NCBI GenBank assembly: GCA_035248345.1
Contig: DATFHO010000101.1
Coordinates: 4,168 to 68,167 of the forward strand
Direction of reading: 5' to 3'
DNA from: Candidatus Limnocylindrales bacterium
GTDB taxonomy: Bacteria; Chloroflexota; Limnocylindria; Limnocylindrales; CSP1-4
Length of the DNA stretch: 64,000 bases
In this document: positions 8,878-19,507 of the stretch, in pieces
Numbering within the stretch: the stretch's first letter is position 1
How the letters are laid out: each line of letters opens with the position of its first letter
Program-made: the position numbers and the translations under genes
The notes under the pieces: model-generated
Told to the model about the DNA's origin: nothing
Database searches by the model: none
Seen by the model: only the letters and a program-made list of their open reading frames with translations

Positions 8878-9855
8878 TCAACCTGCGGCTGCGCGGCGCC
8901 GAGGCGACCGGAGCTTGATCGGCTCCGCCGGGCGCGGCGCCACGTCCAAGCCCGGGCCGGCGCCGTCGTCCGCCGTCGTGTCCGTCGCGAGCCCTGCGCG
9001 TTCGGCCACGATCCGGCCGAGCTCTCGGGCCTGGAGCTCGAGCCGCTCGTCGCGGAGCAGCGGCAGCGCGATCCGTTCGCGTCGGATGTCCTGCAGGCGG
9101 ATGTCCACCAGGTACAGGTCGTCGTCGAAGAACGGCGCCGAGAAGACCGGCGCGCCCGACGGCGCGATGACCTCCGAGCCGCCCCAGAACGTCATCGACT
9201 CATCGACGCCGACGCGGTTCACGAACACCACGAACGAGGTCGTGAGCTGCGCATAGGTGCGCATCAACGTGCGCCAAGAGGTTGCGGTCCCGAGCCCGAC
9301 CTCGTTCGACGCCGCCAGGTCGCGGCCGGGCGACGACGAGACGTTGATGAGGATCTGCGCGCCGTCGAGGGCGAGCAGCTGCGGGGTTTGGAGGTGCCAG
9401 AAGTCCTCGCACACGCCGATGCCGACCCCGACGCCGAGTCGCGACGGTGTCGCGCGGACGGTATCGCCGGGCGCGAAGAACCGGCGCTCATCGAACTGGC
9501 CGTACGTCGGGAGGTAGACCTTCCGGTGGACGTGGCGGATCTCGCCGTCTTCGAGCAGCGCGGCGGCGATGAACAGCCGGTGATCGCCGGACTCCTCCAC
9601 GAACGACACGACCGCCGAGGCACCACCCGCCGTGTCGGCGGCAAGCGCGGCGAGGCGCGGGTCGTCGAGCCGCATCGCGACCTCGGCCGCGAGGTCCTGG
9701 AGCAGGTACCCGGTGAGCCCCAACTCCGGGAACACGACGAGCCCGGCTCCCCCGGCGCGGGCGTCGCGGATCAGCGCGTGATGGCGCGCGAGGTTGGCTT
9801 CGAGATCGCCGAGCGTCGGCGCGACCTGGGCGAGCGCGATGCGAAGCGTCGTCAC
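8878..9855 (-). CDS. carbon-nitrogen hydrolase (nitrilase superfamily); probable glutaminase partner of NadE
   Basis: 325-aa [16 protein letters not shown]...[11 protein letters not shown] and IGVCEDFWH give a Glu-Lys-Cys type CN-hydrolase layout. Confidence 0.75.
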   Translation of the reverse strand: MTTLRIALAQVAPTLGDLEANLARHHALIRDARAGGAGLVVFPELGLTGYLLQDLAAEVAMRLDDPRLAALAADTAGGASAVVSFVEESGDHRLFIAAALLEDGEIRHVHRKVYLPTYGQFDERRFFAPGDTVRATPSRLGVGVGIGVCEDFWHLQTPQLLALDGAQILINVSSSPGRDLAASNEVGLGTATSWRTLMRTYAQLTTSFVVFVNRVGVDESMTFWGGSEVIAPSGAPVFSAPFFDDDLYLVDIRLQDIRRERIALPLLRDERLELQARELGRIVAERAGLATDTTADDGAGPGLDVAPRPAEPIKLRSPRRRAAAG

Positions 9856-9867
9856 GACGCTCCGAGT

Positions 9868-11024
9868 CTAGTGCGGGAGCGCGTCCGCGTCGTCGGGTCC
9901 GCCACCGATCGCACCGCGATTGCCGCCGATCGCGGCACCGACCGCCGGCCGGTCCGCTGCCTCGAGCCCGTCCGTCGAGACGTCGGTCACGCCGTCGGCG
10001 GTCACGTCGACGCGGCCGGGGATGTCCTTCGCCTGGATCGGGAAATGGCACGCGACGAGATGGCCGGGCTGCAGCTCGACGAGCGGCGGAACTTCCTGCG
10101 CGCACTTCTCCTGCGCCTGGAAGCAGCGCGTCCGGAAGACGCAGCCACTGGGCGGGTCGATCGGCGAGGGCAGGTCGCCCTGGAGCAGGATCCGCGTGCG
10201 CTTGCGCTGCTGGTTCGGGTCCGGGATCGGCACCGCCGACAGGAGCGAGTGGGTGTACGGGTGCAACGGCGCGGTGTAGATCGTCTTGCGCGGCGCCATC
10301 TCCATGATCTTGCCGAGGTACATGACCGCGACGCGGTGGGAGATCTGGCGCACGACGGCGAGGTCGTGGGCGACGAACAGGTACGCGACCCCGAAGTCCT
10401 CCTGCAGGTCGCGCAGCAGGTTCAGGATCTGCGCCTGGATCGACACGTCCAGCGCGGAGACGGGCTCGTCGCAGACGATGAACTTCGGGCGCAGCGCGAT
10501 GGCGCGCGCGATGCCGATGCGCTGGCGCTGGCCCCCGGAGAACTCGTTCGGGTAGCGGTTGTAGTGCTCCGGGTTGAGGCCGACGCGCTCCATGAGGTCG
10601 TAGACGGCCTTCTTGACGCCGCCCTCGGGCTTCACCTTCTGGATCTCGAACGGCGTGCTGATGATCCGGCCGACCGTGTGCCGCGGGTTCAGCGCGTTGT
10701 ACGGGTCCTGGAAGATGATCTGGGCCTTGCGCCGGAAGGGCACGAGCTGGTTGGTCGACAGGTTCGTGATGTCCTGGCCGTCGACGACGATCTTGCCCTC
10801 GGTCGGCTTGAGCAGGCGCAGGATCGTCCGCCCCGCGGTCGACTTCCCGCAGCCGCTCTCGCCCACGAGGCCGAGCGTCTCGCCCTCGTTGAGGTTGAGG
10901 TTGATCCCGTCGACCGCCTTCACCTGCCCAACCGTCTTGGGGAACAGCCCGAGGCCCGTGCCCTTGACCGGGAAGTGCTTGCGCAGGCCGGTGACCTGCA
11001 GGATCTCCTTGCCAGTCTGGACCG

Positions 11025-11028
<4 letters not shown>
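9868..11028 (-). CDS. peptide ABC transporter ATP-binding protein (OppF/DppF type)
   Basis: 386-aa ORF with Walker [10 protein letters not shown], signature FSGGQRQR, Walker [13 protein letters not shown] and a C-terminal oligopeptide domain. Confidence 0.88.
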
Positions 11029-12106
<1,078 letters not shown>

Positions 12107-12110
<4 letters not shown>

Positions 12111-13099
12111 GCGAGGCGGACGCGGGGGTCGATGACCGCGTACAGCAGGTCGACCACGAGGTTCGCGAAGATGATGATCGTCGCGGTCAGCAGCGTGATG
12201 CCGGTGATGACCGGCAGGTCCGACTGCAGCACGGACGTCACGGCGAGGTTGCCGAGGCCGGGCAGGCTGAAGATGTTCTCCGAGATGATCGCGCCGCCCA
12301 GGAGGCCGGCAAGGTCGAGGCCCGCGGCCGTCACGATCGGCGTCAGGCCGGCGCGCAGCGCGTGCTTGACGACCACCGTCCGCTCGGGAAGGCCCTTGGC
12401 GCGCGCGGTGCGCACGTAGTCGTCATTGAGGACCTCGAGCACCTGGTTGCGCGTCAACCGCATGTAGAACGCCGTGTACAGGATGGCAAGCACGATCCAC
12501 GGCACCAGCATCGTCTGCAGGAACTGGATGGGCTTGTCGAACGGCGACACGTACTGCGGGTTCGGTAACCAGTGCCATTGGACGATCACGAAGGTGTAGA
12601 GGATCAATCCAATGAAGAACGACGGGAATGAATAGCCGACGAGGGACACGCCCATGACGAGGCGGTCCGGCCAGCGGCCGCGCTTCAACGCGGCGAAGAT
12701 GCCGAGGGAGATCCCGACGGTGAGCCACATCACGAATGCGCCGATCGCGAGCCAGAACGTCACTGGCGCTGCCTTCGCGATCATGTCGAGGACCAGCTGG
12801 TGCCGGCTGTAGGAATAGCCGAGGCACGGCGGCGGGCACTGGATGGGCTTCGGGGAGCCGCTCGAGAACTCGCGGCCCGTGAAGATGCCGGTGATGAAGA
12901 TCTCGTACTGCTCGAGGAGCGGCTTGTCGTAGCCGAGTCGCTGCTTGTTGGCGGCCAGGAGCTGCGGTGTGCAGACCTTGCCGCAGGTGAGCCGGGCGGG
13001 ATCGCTCGGGAGCGCATTGAACAGCACGAAGACCGTGATGCTCAGCAGGAACAGCAGCGTGACCATCAACAGGACGCGCCGCACCAGGTACGCAGCCAC
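12107..13099 (-). CDS. peptide ABC transporter permease (OppB/DppB type)
   Basis: 330-aa hydrophobic ORF with an EAA-like loop (YVRTARAKGLPERTVVVKHALRAGL). Confidence 0.85.
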
Positions 13100-13122
13100 G
13101 CGCTAGCCCTCCGGTGTGTTGG

Positions 13123-13163
13123 AGAGAGAAAAGAAGTCGGGGGAGCGGCGGAGCCGCTCCCCC
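13123..13163 (-). terminator. intrinsic terminator/attenuator after the substrate-binding-protein gene
   Basis: Perfect 11-bp stem GGGGGAGCGGC / GCCGCTCCCCC (13139-13149 and 13153-13163) with a 3-nt loop. On the minus strand it is followed by a T/C-rich tract (GACTTCTTTTCTCTCTCC). Confidence 0.65.
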
Positions 13164-13178
13164 GATCTCACGCTTGCG

Positions 13179-15035
13179 CTACTTGACGAACAGCTGAGCG
13201 TACGGCCAGGAGCCGTAGGCAGCCCAGCGGTACATCGCGCCAGGTGCGCCGTCAATCGTCACACCAACACCGTTGCCGGCGATGGTCTGGCTCTTGCCGA
13301 AGAACGTCGGGATCGCGTAGACGTTCTCCACGGCGTACTTGTTGATGTCCTGCCACAGGGTGGCCTGCTTGGCCCGATCGAGCTCGGCGAACGCCGCGTC
13401 GATCTTGGCCTCCATGTCCTTGTCCTTGACGTGCGACAGGTTCCAACCGCCCTTGTCCGTGAACAGCGGCGGGAGGACCGTCGACGCGTTCGGCCAGTCA
13501 GCACCCCAACCGGCGGTGCCGAAGTTGTGGCCGTTGGTGAAGACGGTCGCGTAGTACGAGCTCGCGATCGGGTTCGGCGTGACGGTCATGCCAGCCTGGC
13601 CCAGCGAGTCGATGACGATCGCGGCAGTCTTCTGGTTGGTCGGGCTGTCCGGGAAGTCGAACGTGAGGGCCGGAGCCGCCTCGCCCGAGTCCGTGATCAG
13701 CTTCTTGGCCAGGGTCGGGTCGCCCGCGTTCGGGACGGCCTGACCGAAGAACGAGTCCCAGAAGCCGGTCGGAGCGTAGTCCGCGCCGATGTTCGGCTTG
13801 ATGTACCCGTCAGCGTAGGTGCCGTAGAAGTCGCCGCCGACGTTGGCGAGGATCGCCTCGCGGTTGAGGGCGACGGCCATGGCCTGGCGGAGCTTGACGT
13901 TGGTGACCTTCGTGACGTCCAGCCAGTAGTACCGGCTGTACGGGTCGAAGCCGGAGATGGCGCGATCGGCGAATTCCGGAAGCGCGGTCTCCGAGTCCTT
14001 GAAGATCGAAGCAAGGTTCTCAGGCTGGACGGCACCGTACTGGACGGCCGTCGCGTCGTCGCCCTGGCTGGCGATGAGGCGCTGGTCGAGGATCTTGTCC
14101 TCGATGCCGAACTTGACAACCCACTTGTCCGGGTAGGCGCCGCGGTAGTCGTCGCTCGAGGCGTTCCACTTGTCATTGCGGACAAGCGTCATCTCGCCAC
14201 CGTTGCCGGTGGAGTAGCTCTCGACCATGTACGGGCCGTTCGACCACGGGAGGCTGCCGGGCTGACCGTAGGTCTCGCCGGTGTCCACGCCGGGGTGATC
14301 CGTCGGGTTCGGCACGGCGCCGAAGCCCAGGGTCGTCGTGTAGTTGAAGTCAGCGTGCGGGCCGTTCAGCTTGAAGGTGATCGTCTTGCCGTTGCAGGAG
14401 ACCGCCTTGTCGAACAGGTCCTGGCCCGTCTTGTTGTAGGGGCCGTAGTACGCCGACAGGTACGCGGAGTTCTTGTCGTTCGTATCGGTGACCGGGTTGG
14501 CCGGGATGTCGAGGTACGCGATGGCGTACGTCGGACCCTGGTTGATGATGTCGTTCGCGAAGGTTCGCGAGACGCCGTACTTGACGTCTTCGCACGTGAC
14601 CTCGGAACCATCCTGCCAGGTGAGCCCATCCTTGAGGGTGAAGCTCCACTCGCTCGCGTCGGCATTGGCCGTACCGGTATCGGTGGCCATGTCCGCGACG
14701 ACCGAGGTGCCCTTGACCGGATCCGGATCGTACTTGTACGCGGTCAGCGACCGGTAGATCGTCGCGCCAAAGAAGGCGAGATCCTCACCGGTGTACGCGC
14801 GCTGCGGGTCGATCTGGTTCCACTCCTGGCTCGCGCTCGGCTGGAGCAGATAGAGCGTGCCGCCCTTCTTGGCGCCGGTAGCCGCGGTCGGCTCAGTACC
14901 GGTCCCGGACGACTGCCCTGCGGCGGTCGTCTGCCCGGGGGCAGTGCTCGGGGAGCCAGTACCGCACGCCGCAAGCAGCACCCCGACGGCGCCAAGTGCG
15001 GATGCTCTGGCAACCCATGACTGGGTCTTCTGCAT
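13179..15035 (-). CDS. peptide ABC transporter substrate-binding lipoprotein (family 5)
   Basis: ORF 13179..15089. ATG at 15035 is preceded by GGAGGA 5 nt upstream. Lipobox ...VLLAACGTGS. The size and sequence are typical of a family-5 SBP. Confidence 0.88.
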   Translation of the reverse strand: MQKTQSWVARASALGAVGVLLAACGTGSPSTAPGQTTAAGQSSGTGTEPTAATGAKKGGTLYLLQPSASQEWNQIDPQRAYTGEDLAFFGATIYRSLTAYKYDPDPVKGTSVVADMATDTGTANADASEWSFTLKDGLTWQDGSEVTCEDVKYGVSRTFANDIINQGPTYAIAYLDIPANPVTDTNDKNSAYLSAYYGPYNKTGQDLFDKAVSCNGKTITFKLNGPHADFNYTTTLGFGAVPNPTDHPGVDTGETYGQPGSLPWSNGPYMVESYSTGNGGEMTLVRNDKWNASSDDYRGAYPDKWVVKFGIEDKILDQRLIASQGDDATAVQYGAVQPENLASIFKDSETALPEFADRAISGFDPYSRYYWLDVTKVTNVKLRQAMAVALNREAILANVGGDFYGTYADGYIKPNIGADYAPTGFWDSFFGQAVPNAGDPTLAKKLITDSGEAAPALTFDFPDSPTNQKTAAIVIDSLGQAGMTVTPNPIASSYYATVFTNGHNFGTAGWGADWPNASTVLPPLFTDKGGWNLSHVKDKDMEAKIDAAFAELDRAKQATLWQDINKYAVENVYAIPTFFGKSQTIAGNGVGVTIDGAPGAMYRWAAYGSWPYAQLFVK

Positions 15036-15163
15036 CGTGTTCCTCCAACGGGCTCCGGGACACTCCCGGAGCAAGCGATTGCCGATCATACAGATCGGTG
15101 CCCATCTAGGTGCGAGTCGGCGGCCTTCTGACGCGCCGTCCCGTCAAGTGCCGAGGGTGAGCC

Positions 15164-16093
15164 TCAGCGAACGGCCTTCGGATCGAGCGCGTCCCGGACC
15201 GCGTCGCCGAAGAGGTTGAATGCCACAACGAGGATGACCAGGATCGTCCCCGGGATGAAGAGCAGGGTGGGAACCACCTTGAAGTAGTTGACCGAGTTCG
15301 CGAGCATCGCGCCGAACGTGACCTCGGGCGGCAGGGTGCCGACACCGAGGAACGAGAGCGCGGCCTCGAGGCCGATGTAGGCCGGGAGCGTGAGGCTCGC
15401 GTACACGAGGATCGGCGCCCACAGGTTCGGGAGGATCTCGCCGAACAGGATGCGCGGCCGGCCCGCGCCCATGGCGACCGACGCTTCCACGAACTCGCGT
15501 TCACGCAGGCTCAGGACCTGGCCGCGGACGATGCGGGCAAGGTACGGCCACCCGAAGAAGCTCATGACGAGAATCAGGTACAGGATCCGCGACGCATTCC
15601 CCTCGGGAACGCCGAGATCCGTAAGTCGCTGGGTGAGCACGCCCGACAGCGCCAGGATGATGAGCAGGAAGGGGAACGCGAGGATCAGGTCCATCAGGCG
15701 GCCGATCAGCGTGTCGATGAGGCCGCCCGTGTAGCCGGCGATGATGCCGACGACCGTCCCGATCAGCACGGTCACGAACGTCGCGGCAGTCGCGATCGTC
15801 AGCGAGATGCGAAGGCCGAACAGGATCTGGGCGAAGATGTCGCGTCCGGTGCCCCACTCGACGCCGAAGATGTGCTCGGGGCTGATGCCGCCGGAGTCGC
15901 CCTTGGGCTTGCCGCCCAGGCCGCTGATGAGCTCCGAGTGCAGCTTGATCGGATCGATGCCGAGCTGCTTGGCGACGAGCGGCACGATGAAGGCCACTGC
16001 GTACAGGAAGACGAGAACGCCGAGGCAGAACATCGCGACCTTGTCGCGACGAAGACGCGCCCAGACGATCTGTCGGAGGCTACGACCGACCAT
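15164..16093 (-). CDS. peptide ABC transporter permease (OppC/DppC type)
   Basis: 309-aa hydrophobic ORF and first gene of the transporter operon. Gene order is C-A-B-D-F. Confidence 0.85.
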   Translation of the reverse strand: MVGRSLRQIVWARLRRDKVAMFCLGVLVFLYAVAFIVPLVAKQLGIDPIKLHSELISGLGGKPKGDSGGISPEHIFGVEWGTGRDIFAQILFGLRISLTIATAATFVTVLIGTVVGIIAGYTGGLIDTLIGRLMDLILAFPFLLIILALSGVLTQRLTDLGVPEGNASRILYLILVMSFFGWPYLARIVRGQVLSLREREFVEASVAMGAGRPRILFGEILPNLWAPILVYASLTLPAYIGLEAALSFLGVGTLPPEVTFGAMLANSVNYFKVVPTLLFIPGTILVILVVAFNLFGDAVRDALDPKAVR

Positions 16094-16101
16094 GCGCCGA
16101 G

Positions 16102-16129
16102 AGCATACAGGTCACCTGCCTTGTGTCAA
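16102..16129 (-). promoter_or_regulatory. sigma-70-like promoter for the peptide transporter operon (TTGACA-16 nt-TATGCT); probable leaderless or very short leader
   Basis: On the minus strand, TTGACA is at 16129-16124 and TATGCT at 16107-16102. Only 8 nt separate the -10 from ATG 16093. The inverted repeat CAAAC-GT-GTTTG overlaps the -35. Confidence 0.5.
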
Positions 16130-16202
16130 ACACGTTTGCGCACGGAGCATTTCGTGCGTCTTGCAGTGATGCGTGTGCGGCGCTGGAGGCCTGATTCGGG
16201 GG

Positions 16203-16583
16203 TCAGGCCTCTGCGGTGAGCCGGTCGTACGCCGCGGCGTCGAGCAGGCCATCGACCTGGGCCACGTCCGACACCTTGACCTTGATCATCCAGCCACCGC
16301 CGAACGGATCGCTGTTCACGAGCTCCGGATTGCCCGCGAGGTCCGGGTTCACCTCGACGACCTCGCCGGACAGGGGCGCGTACAGGTCGCTGACGGCCTT
16401 CACCGACTCGACCACGCCGAAGGTGGCGAACTGCTCGACCGACTTGCCGGACGACGGCAGGTCGACGAAGACCACGTCACCGAGCTGGTTGGCGGCGAAG
16501 TCGGTGACGCCGATCGTGGCGACGTCGCCGTCGACCTTCACCCACTCGTGGTCCTTCGTGTAGCGCAGGTTCGCAGGGGCCAT
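16203..16583 (-). CDS. gcvH: glycine cleavage system protein H
   Basis: MAPANLRYTKDHEWVKVDG...VESVKAVSDLYAP contains the lipoyl-Lys motif. GAGGAG lies 6 nt upstream of ATG 16583. An in-frame ATG at 16589 is the alternative start. Confidence 0.9.
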   Translation of the reverse strand: MAPANLRYTKDHEWVKVDGDVATIGVTDFAANQLGDVVFVDLPSSGKSVEQFATFGVVESVKAVSDLYAPLSGEVVEVNPDLAGNPELVNSDPFGGGWMIKVKVSDVAQVDGLLDAAAYDRLTAEA

Positions 16584-16620
16584 GCCCATCTCCTCGTCGG
16601 CTGCTGGGGAGCGGTCGGGG

Positions 16621-17745
16621 TTATCGGGCCCGCTTGTAGAACGGCAGCGGGACGACCTCGGCGGAGACCGGCTGCTCGCGGACCTCGACGGCCAGTAGCG
16701 TACCCGGCGCCGCATCTGTCGGCGCGACGTACGCCATCGCGATCGGCTTCCCGATGGTCGGCGAATGGGTCCCGCTGGTCACGATTCCGGTGCGGTGGTC
16801 GCCGGCGAGGACCGGATACCCGTGACGGGCGATCCCCCGCCCCGTGATCACGAGGCCGACGAGGAGCCTGTCGGGTGTCTCCTTGGATGCGGCCGTCAGT
16901 GCCTCGCGCCCGACGAAGTCGCCCGGCTTCTCGAGCTTGACGACCCGGCCGAGGTTGGCCTCGTACGGGTTCACGTCCCGGCCGAGCTCGTTGCCGTACA
17001 GCGGCATGCCCGCCTCCAGGCGGAGCGTGTCGCGGGCACCGAGGCCGCAGGCGATGACGCCTGCCGCCTTGCCCGCTTCCGCGAGCGCATTCCAGATATC
17101 CGGCCCGCGCTCCCAGTCGACGAAGATCTCGAACCCGTCCTCGCCCGTGTAGCCGGTGCGCGCGACGAGCGCGGGGATCCCCGCAACCGAGCCTTCGGCG
17201 ATCGCGTAGTACTTGAGCGATCCGAGGTCGACATCCGTGAGCGGCGCGAGGACCTCCGCGGCGCGGGGGCCCTGGATCGCCACGAGCGACGTCACGAGGG
17301 AGCGGTCGTCCAGCACCGCGCGCCAGTCGGCGAGGCGGCGTCCGAGCTCCTCGGACACGGTCACGGCGTTTCCGGCGTTCGCGACGACCAGGAAGCGCTG
17401 GTCACCGAGCCGGTACACGATGAGGTCGTCGATCACGCCGCCATCCGGGGCGCAGATCATCGAGTACTGCGCGCGTCCGACGGCCAAGGTCCGGGGATCG
17501 GTGATCAGCGCCGCCGCGAGCGCGTCGCCCGCCTCGTCGCCCTCGACGAAGAGCTCGCCCATGTGGCTGAGGTCGAACAGGCCGGCGCGCTCCCGGACCG
17601 CGCGGTGCTCCTCGAGAATGCCCGCGTACTGCACCGGCATGAGCCAGCCCCCGAAATCGATGAGCCGCGCGCCGAGCGCACGATGCACGTCGAGCAGCGC
17701 GGTCTCGTGCAGCTGATCCGCGGCCGAGCCCTCCGCGTCACTCAT
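16621..17745 (-). CDS. gcvT: glycine cleavage system aminomethyltransferase T
   Basis: 374-aa ORF with a GcvT-like sequence (FGGWLMPVQYAGILEEHRAVRERAGLFDLSHMG). The ATGA overlap couples it to the upstream NUDIX gene. Confidence 0.9.
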   Translation of the reverse strand: MSDAEGSAADQLHETALLDVHRALGARLIDFGGWLMPVQYAGILEEHRAVRERAGLFDLSHMGELFVEGDEAGDALAAALITDPRTLAVGRAQYSMICAPDGGVIDDLIVYRLGDQRFLVVANAGNAVTVSEELGRRLADWRAVLDDRSLVTSLVAIQGPRAAEVLAPLTDVDLGSLKYYAIAEGSVAGIPALVARTGYTGEDGFEIFVDWERGPDIWNALAEAGKAAGVIACGLGARDTLRLEAGMPLYGNELGRDVNPYEANLGRVVKLEKPGDFVGREALTAASKETPDRLLVGLVITGRGIARHGYPVLAGDHRTGIVTSGTHSPTIGKPIAMAYVAPTDAAPGTLLAVEVREQPVSAEVVPLPFYKRAR

Positions 17746-18209
17746 GAGGCGGCCTTCGCCATGGCCAGGTCCAGCTCGCGCACGCGCTCTCCAGCGGTCG
17801 CGACGAGCTCACGCTCGGTCGCGAAGCTCAGCAGGGCGCCGGCGTCGTCGAACGCGACCCAGCGGACGCGCTCGAACTCGTGGTCGTGGCGGGCGAGATC
17901 GCCGCCGGTCGGCTCCATCAGGAAATAGTGGACGGTCTTGTGGATGCGGGTACCGTCCTGGACGAAGTCGTACTCGATCGACGGCAGCGGCGCCAAGATC
18001 CGGACCTCGAGGCCGGTCTCCTCCCCCACTTCGCGCAGCGCCGTCTCCTCGACGGTCTCGCCGCTGTCCGGGGTCCCCTTGGGCAGCGTCCAGGTCACGG
18101 CGTCACGGCCGCGACGGCGCATGCCGACGACGAGGGAAGGTCTGGAGTCCTGTGCGCTGACGACGACGCCGCCGGCTGAAGTCGCGAGCGCGTTCCTCAG
18201 GCGCGCCAC
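17742..18209 (-). CDS. NUDIX hydrolase
   Basis: ORF 17742..18257 with Nudix box GETVEETALREVGEETGLEV. Codon-3 GC is poor for the first ~15 codons, so GTG 18209 is preferred over 18257. Confidence 0.75.
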   Translation of the reverse strand: MARLRNALATSAGGVVVSAQDSRPSLVVGMRRRGRDAVTWTLPKGTPDSGETVEETALREVGEETGLEVRILAPLPSIEYDFVQDGTRIHKTVHYFLMEPTGGDLARHDHEFERVRWVAFDDAGALLSFATERELVATAGERVRELDLAMAKAAS

Positions 18210-18520
18210 GGCGCCGCGTGGGCGCTCCGGTGGTGCGGGATGGCTGGCGAACCCCACGTGAGCGAGAAGGCTGGGCGAAGGCGGCCGCTCGAGTAGCGGA
18301 TGGGCCGCGTCGCGGCGATGGAGCGCGGGTCGCGCCGGATGTGGGCGAGCGGGCTCGGCTGGCTCTGGTGGAGCACGGTGAGGCGCGTGGGAGCGGGGCT
18401 GAACGCCCGGCCGCTGCCCAGCCCGAGGCGGCGCTGGCGGCTGCCGCTCGACGCTCGGGGGAAGCGCGCTGCGGGGCGGGCCGCGTACCGCGCGGTGATG
18501 CTGTGCTCCATCGGCGTCAT
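18197..18520 (-). CDS. hypothetical basic Arg/Ser/Pro-rich protein (107 aa) with coding-like periodicity
   Basis: 100 of 107 codons end in G/C (hand count). GAGG lies 7 nt upstream of the ATG. The ATG is in frame with, and 9 nt after, the TGA stop of the upstream gene. No recognisable family and low-complexity composition. Confidence 0.4.
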   Translation of the reverse strand: MTPMEHSITARYAARPAARFPRASSGSRQRRLGLGSGRAFSPAPTRLTVLHQSQPSPLAHIRRDPRSIAATRPIRYSSGRLRPAFSLTWGSPAIPHHRSAHAAPWRA

Positions 18521-18529
18521 GGTAACGCC

Positions 18530-19495
18530 TCAGCCCGCCGTCGCAAGGATTCGACGCATCGAATCCGCAGCCTCCGGGGCCAGCGAGCCACGCGATTCCG
18601 CGAGCGCGATCTCTCGTTCGGCGGCGGCGGCGTAGAGAGGCAGCGCATCGGGGGCGAGGCGGCGCATCGCATCGAGGTGGCGCTGCAGCGTCCCGACGTC
18701 GCCGCGGGTCATCGGACCCGTGAGCGCGGCACGGATCCCGAGGGCGCGCGCGTTGCCCAGCGTCTGCTCGATCAGCCCGCCGTACACGGCGAGGGCGCCC
18801 TGCTCATCGAGCCCGGCGGCCTGTCCCAGCTCCGCGATTGCGTCCAGCAGGGCGACGAAGCCACCGGCCGAGAGCACCGCGGCGGCGTGGTAGGCGGCCT
18901 TGCTGCCCGGCGCGAGCCTGACCGCGGTCGCGCCGAGCGCCTCGGCCATGTCCGCGAGGTGCGCGACGAGCTGGTCGTCGCCTTCGACGGCGACCGTTGC
19001 TCCATGGAACGCCGCGATCGCGCGCTCCGTGTCGGCAAAGGCGATCAGCGGGTGGAACGTGCCGAGCTGCGTGCCCGCGGCCCGGGCCGGCTCGAGCACC
19101 TCGGAGCCGAGCACGCCGGACGTGTGGACCAGCGCCTGGCCCCCGTACAGGCGCAGCTGGCCCGCGAGCTGCTGGATGGCGTCGTCGGGGACCGCGAGGA
19201 CGATGAGCTCGACCTCGTCGAGGAGCGCGGCCGCCTCGGCGAACGCCCGGGCGCCCGGCACGAGCGATCGGAACCGTTCGCGTCGGTCGGCGTCGCGCGA
19301 TGCCACCGCGACCACCGGCCAGCCCGCGCGATGCAGGGCCGCGCCGAGGGCCGTCCCGACCGCGCCCGCGCCGATGATCCCGACGAGGGGCGGCTCGTCC
19401 GCCCCGGACCGCCGATGCGGATGGGCGTGCGGGTGGTCCTCGCCCGGGAGGTGCGCGTGGCCCGGGTGATCGTGCGACTCGGGGTACCCTTCCAC
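18530..19495 (-). CDS. Rossmann-fold NAD(P)-binding protein (ProC-like / DUF2520-type) with a His-rich N-terminus
   Basis: 321-aa ORF with dinucleotide loop VGIIGAGAVGTALG. The N-terminal ESHDHPGHAHLPGEDHPHAHPH segment has high codon-3 GC, so it is probably translated. Confidence 0.7.
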   Translation of the reverse strand: MEGYPESHDHPGHAHLPGEDHPHAHPHRRSGADEPPLVGIIGAGAVGTALGAALHRAGWPVVAVASRDADRRERFRSLVPGARAFAEAAALLDEVELIVLAVPDDAIQQLAGQLRLYGGQALVHTSGVLGSEVLEPARAAGTQLGTFHPLIAFADTERAIAAFHGATVAVEGDDQLVAHLADMAEALGATAVRLAPGSKAAYHAAAVLSAGGFVALLDAIAELGQAAGLDEQGALAVYGGLIEQTLGNARALGIRAALTGPMTRGDVGTLQRHLDAMRRLAPDALPLYAAAAEREIALAESRGSLAPEAADSMRRILATAG

Positions 19496-19501
19496 GTGTC
19501 G

Positions 19502-19507
19502 AGTCTA
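19502..19507 (-). promoter_or_regulatory. -10-like TAGACT 6 nt upstream of the GTG start (candidate leaderless promoter)
   Basis: The minus strand reads TAGACT-cgacac-GTG(19495). The same hexamer recurs upstream of the LLM gene and in the ftsZ upstream region. Confidence 0.35.

Noticed and set aside
18258-18530. A glycine riboswitch upstream of the NUDIX-gcvTH operon.
   Set aside because: The conserved GGAGAG / ACCGAAGGGGCAA / CUCAGG elements are absent on the minus strand. The region instead shows coding-like periodicity.
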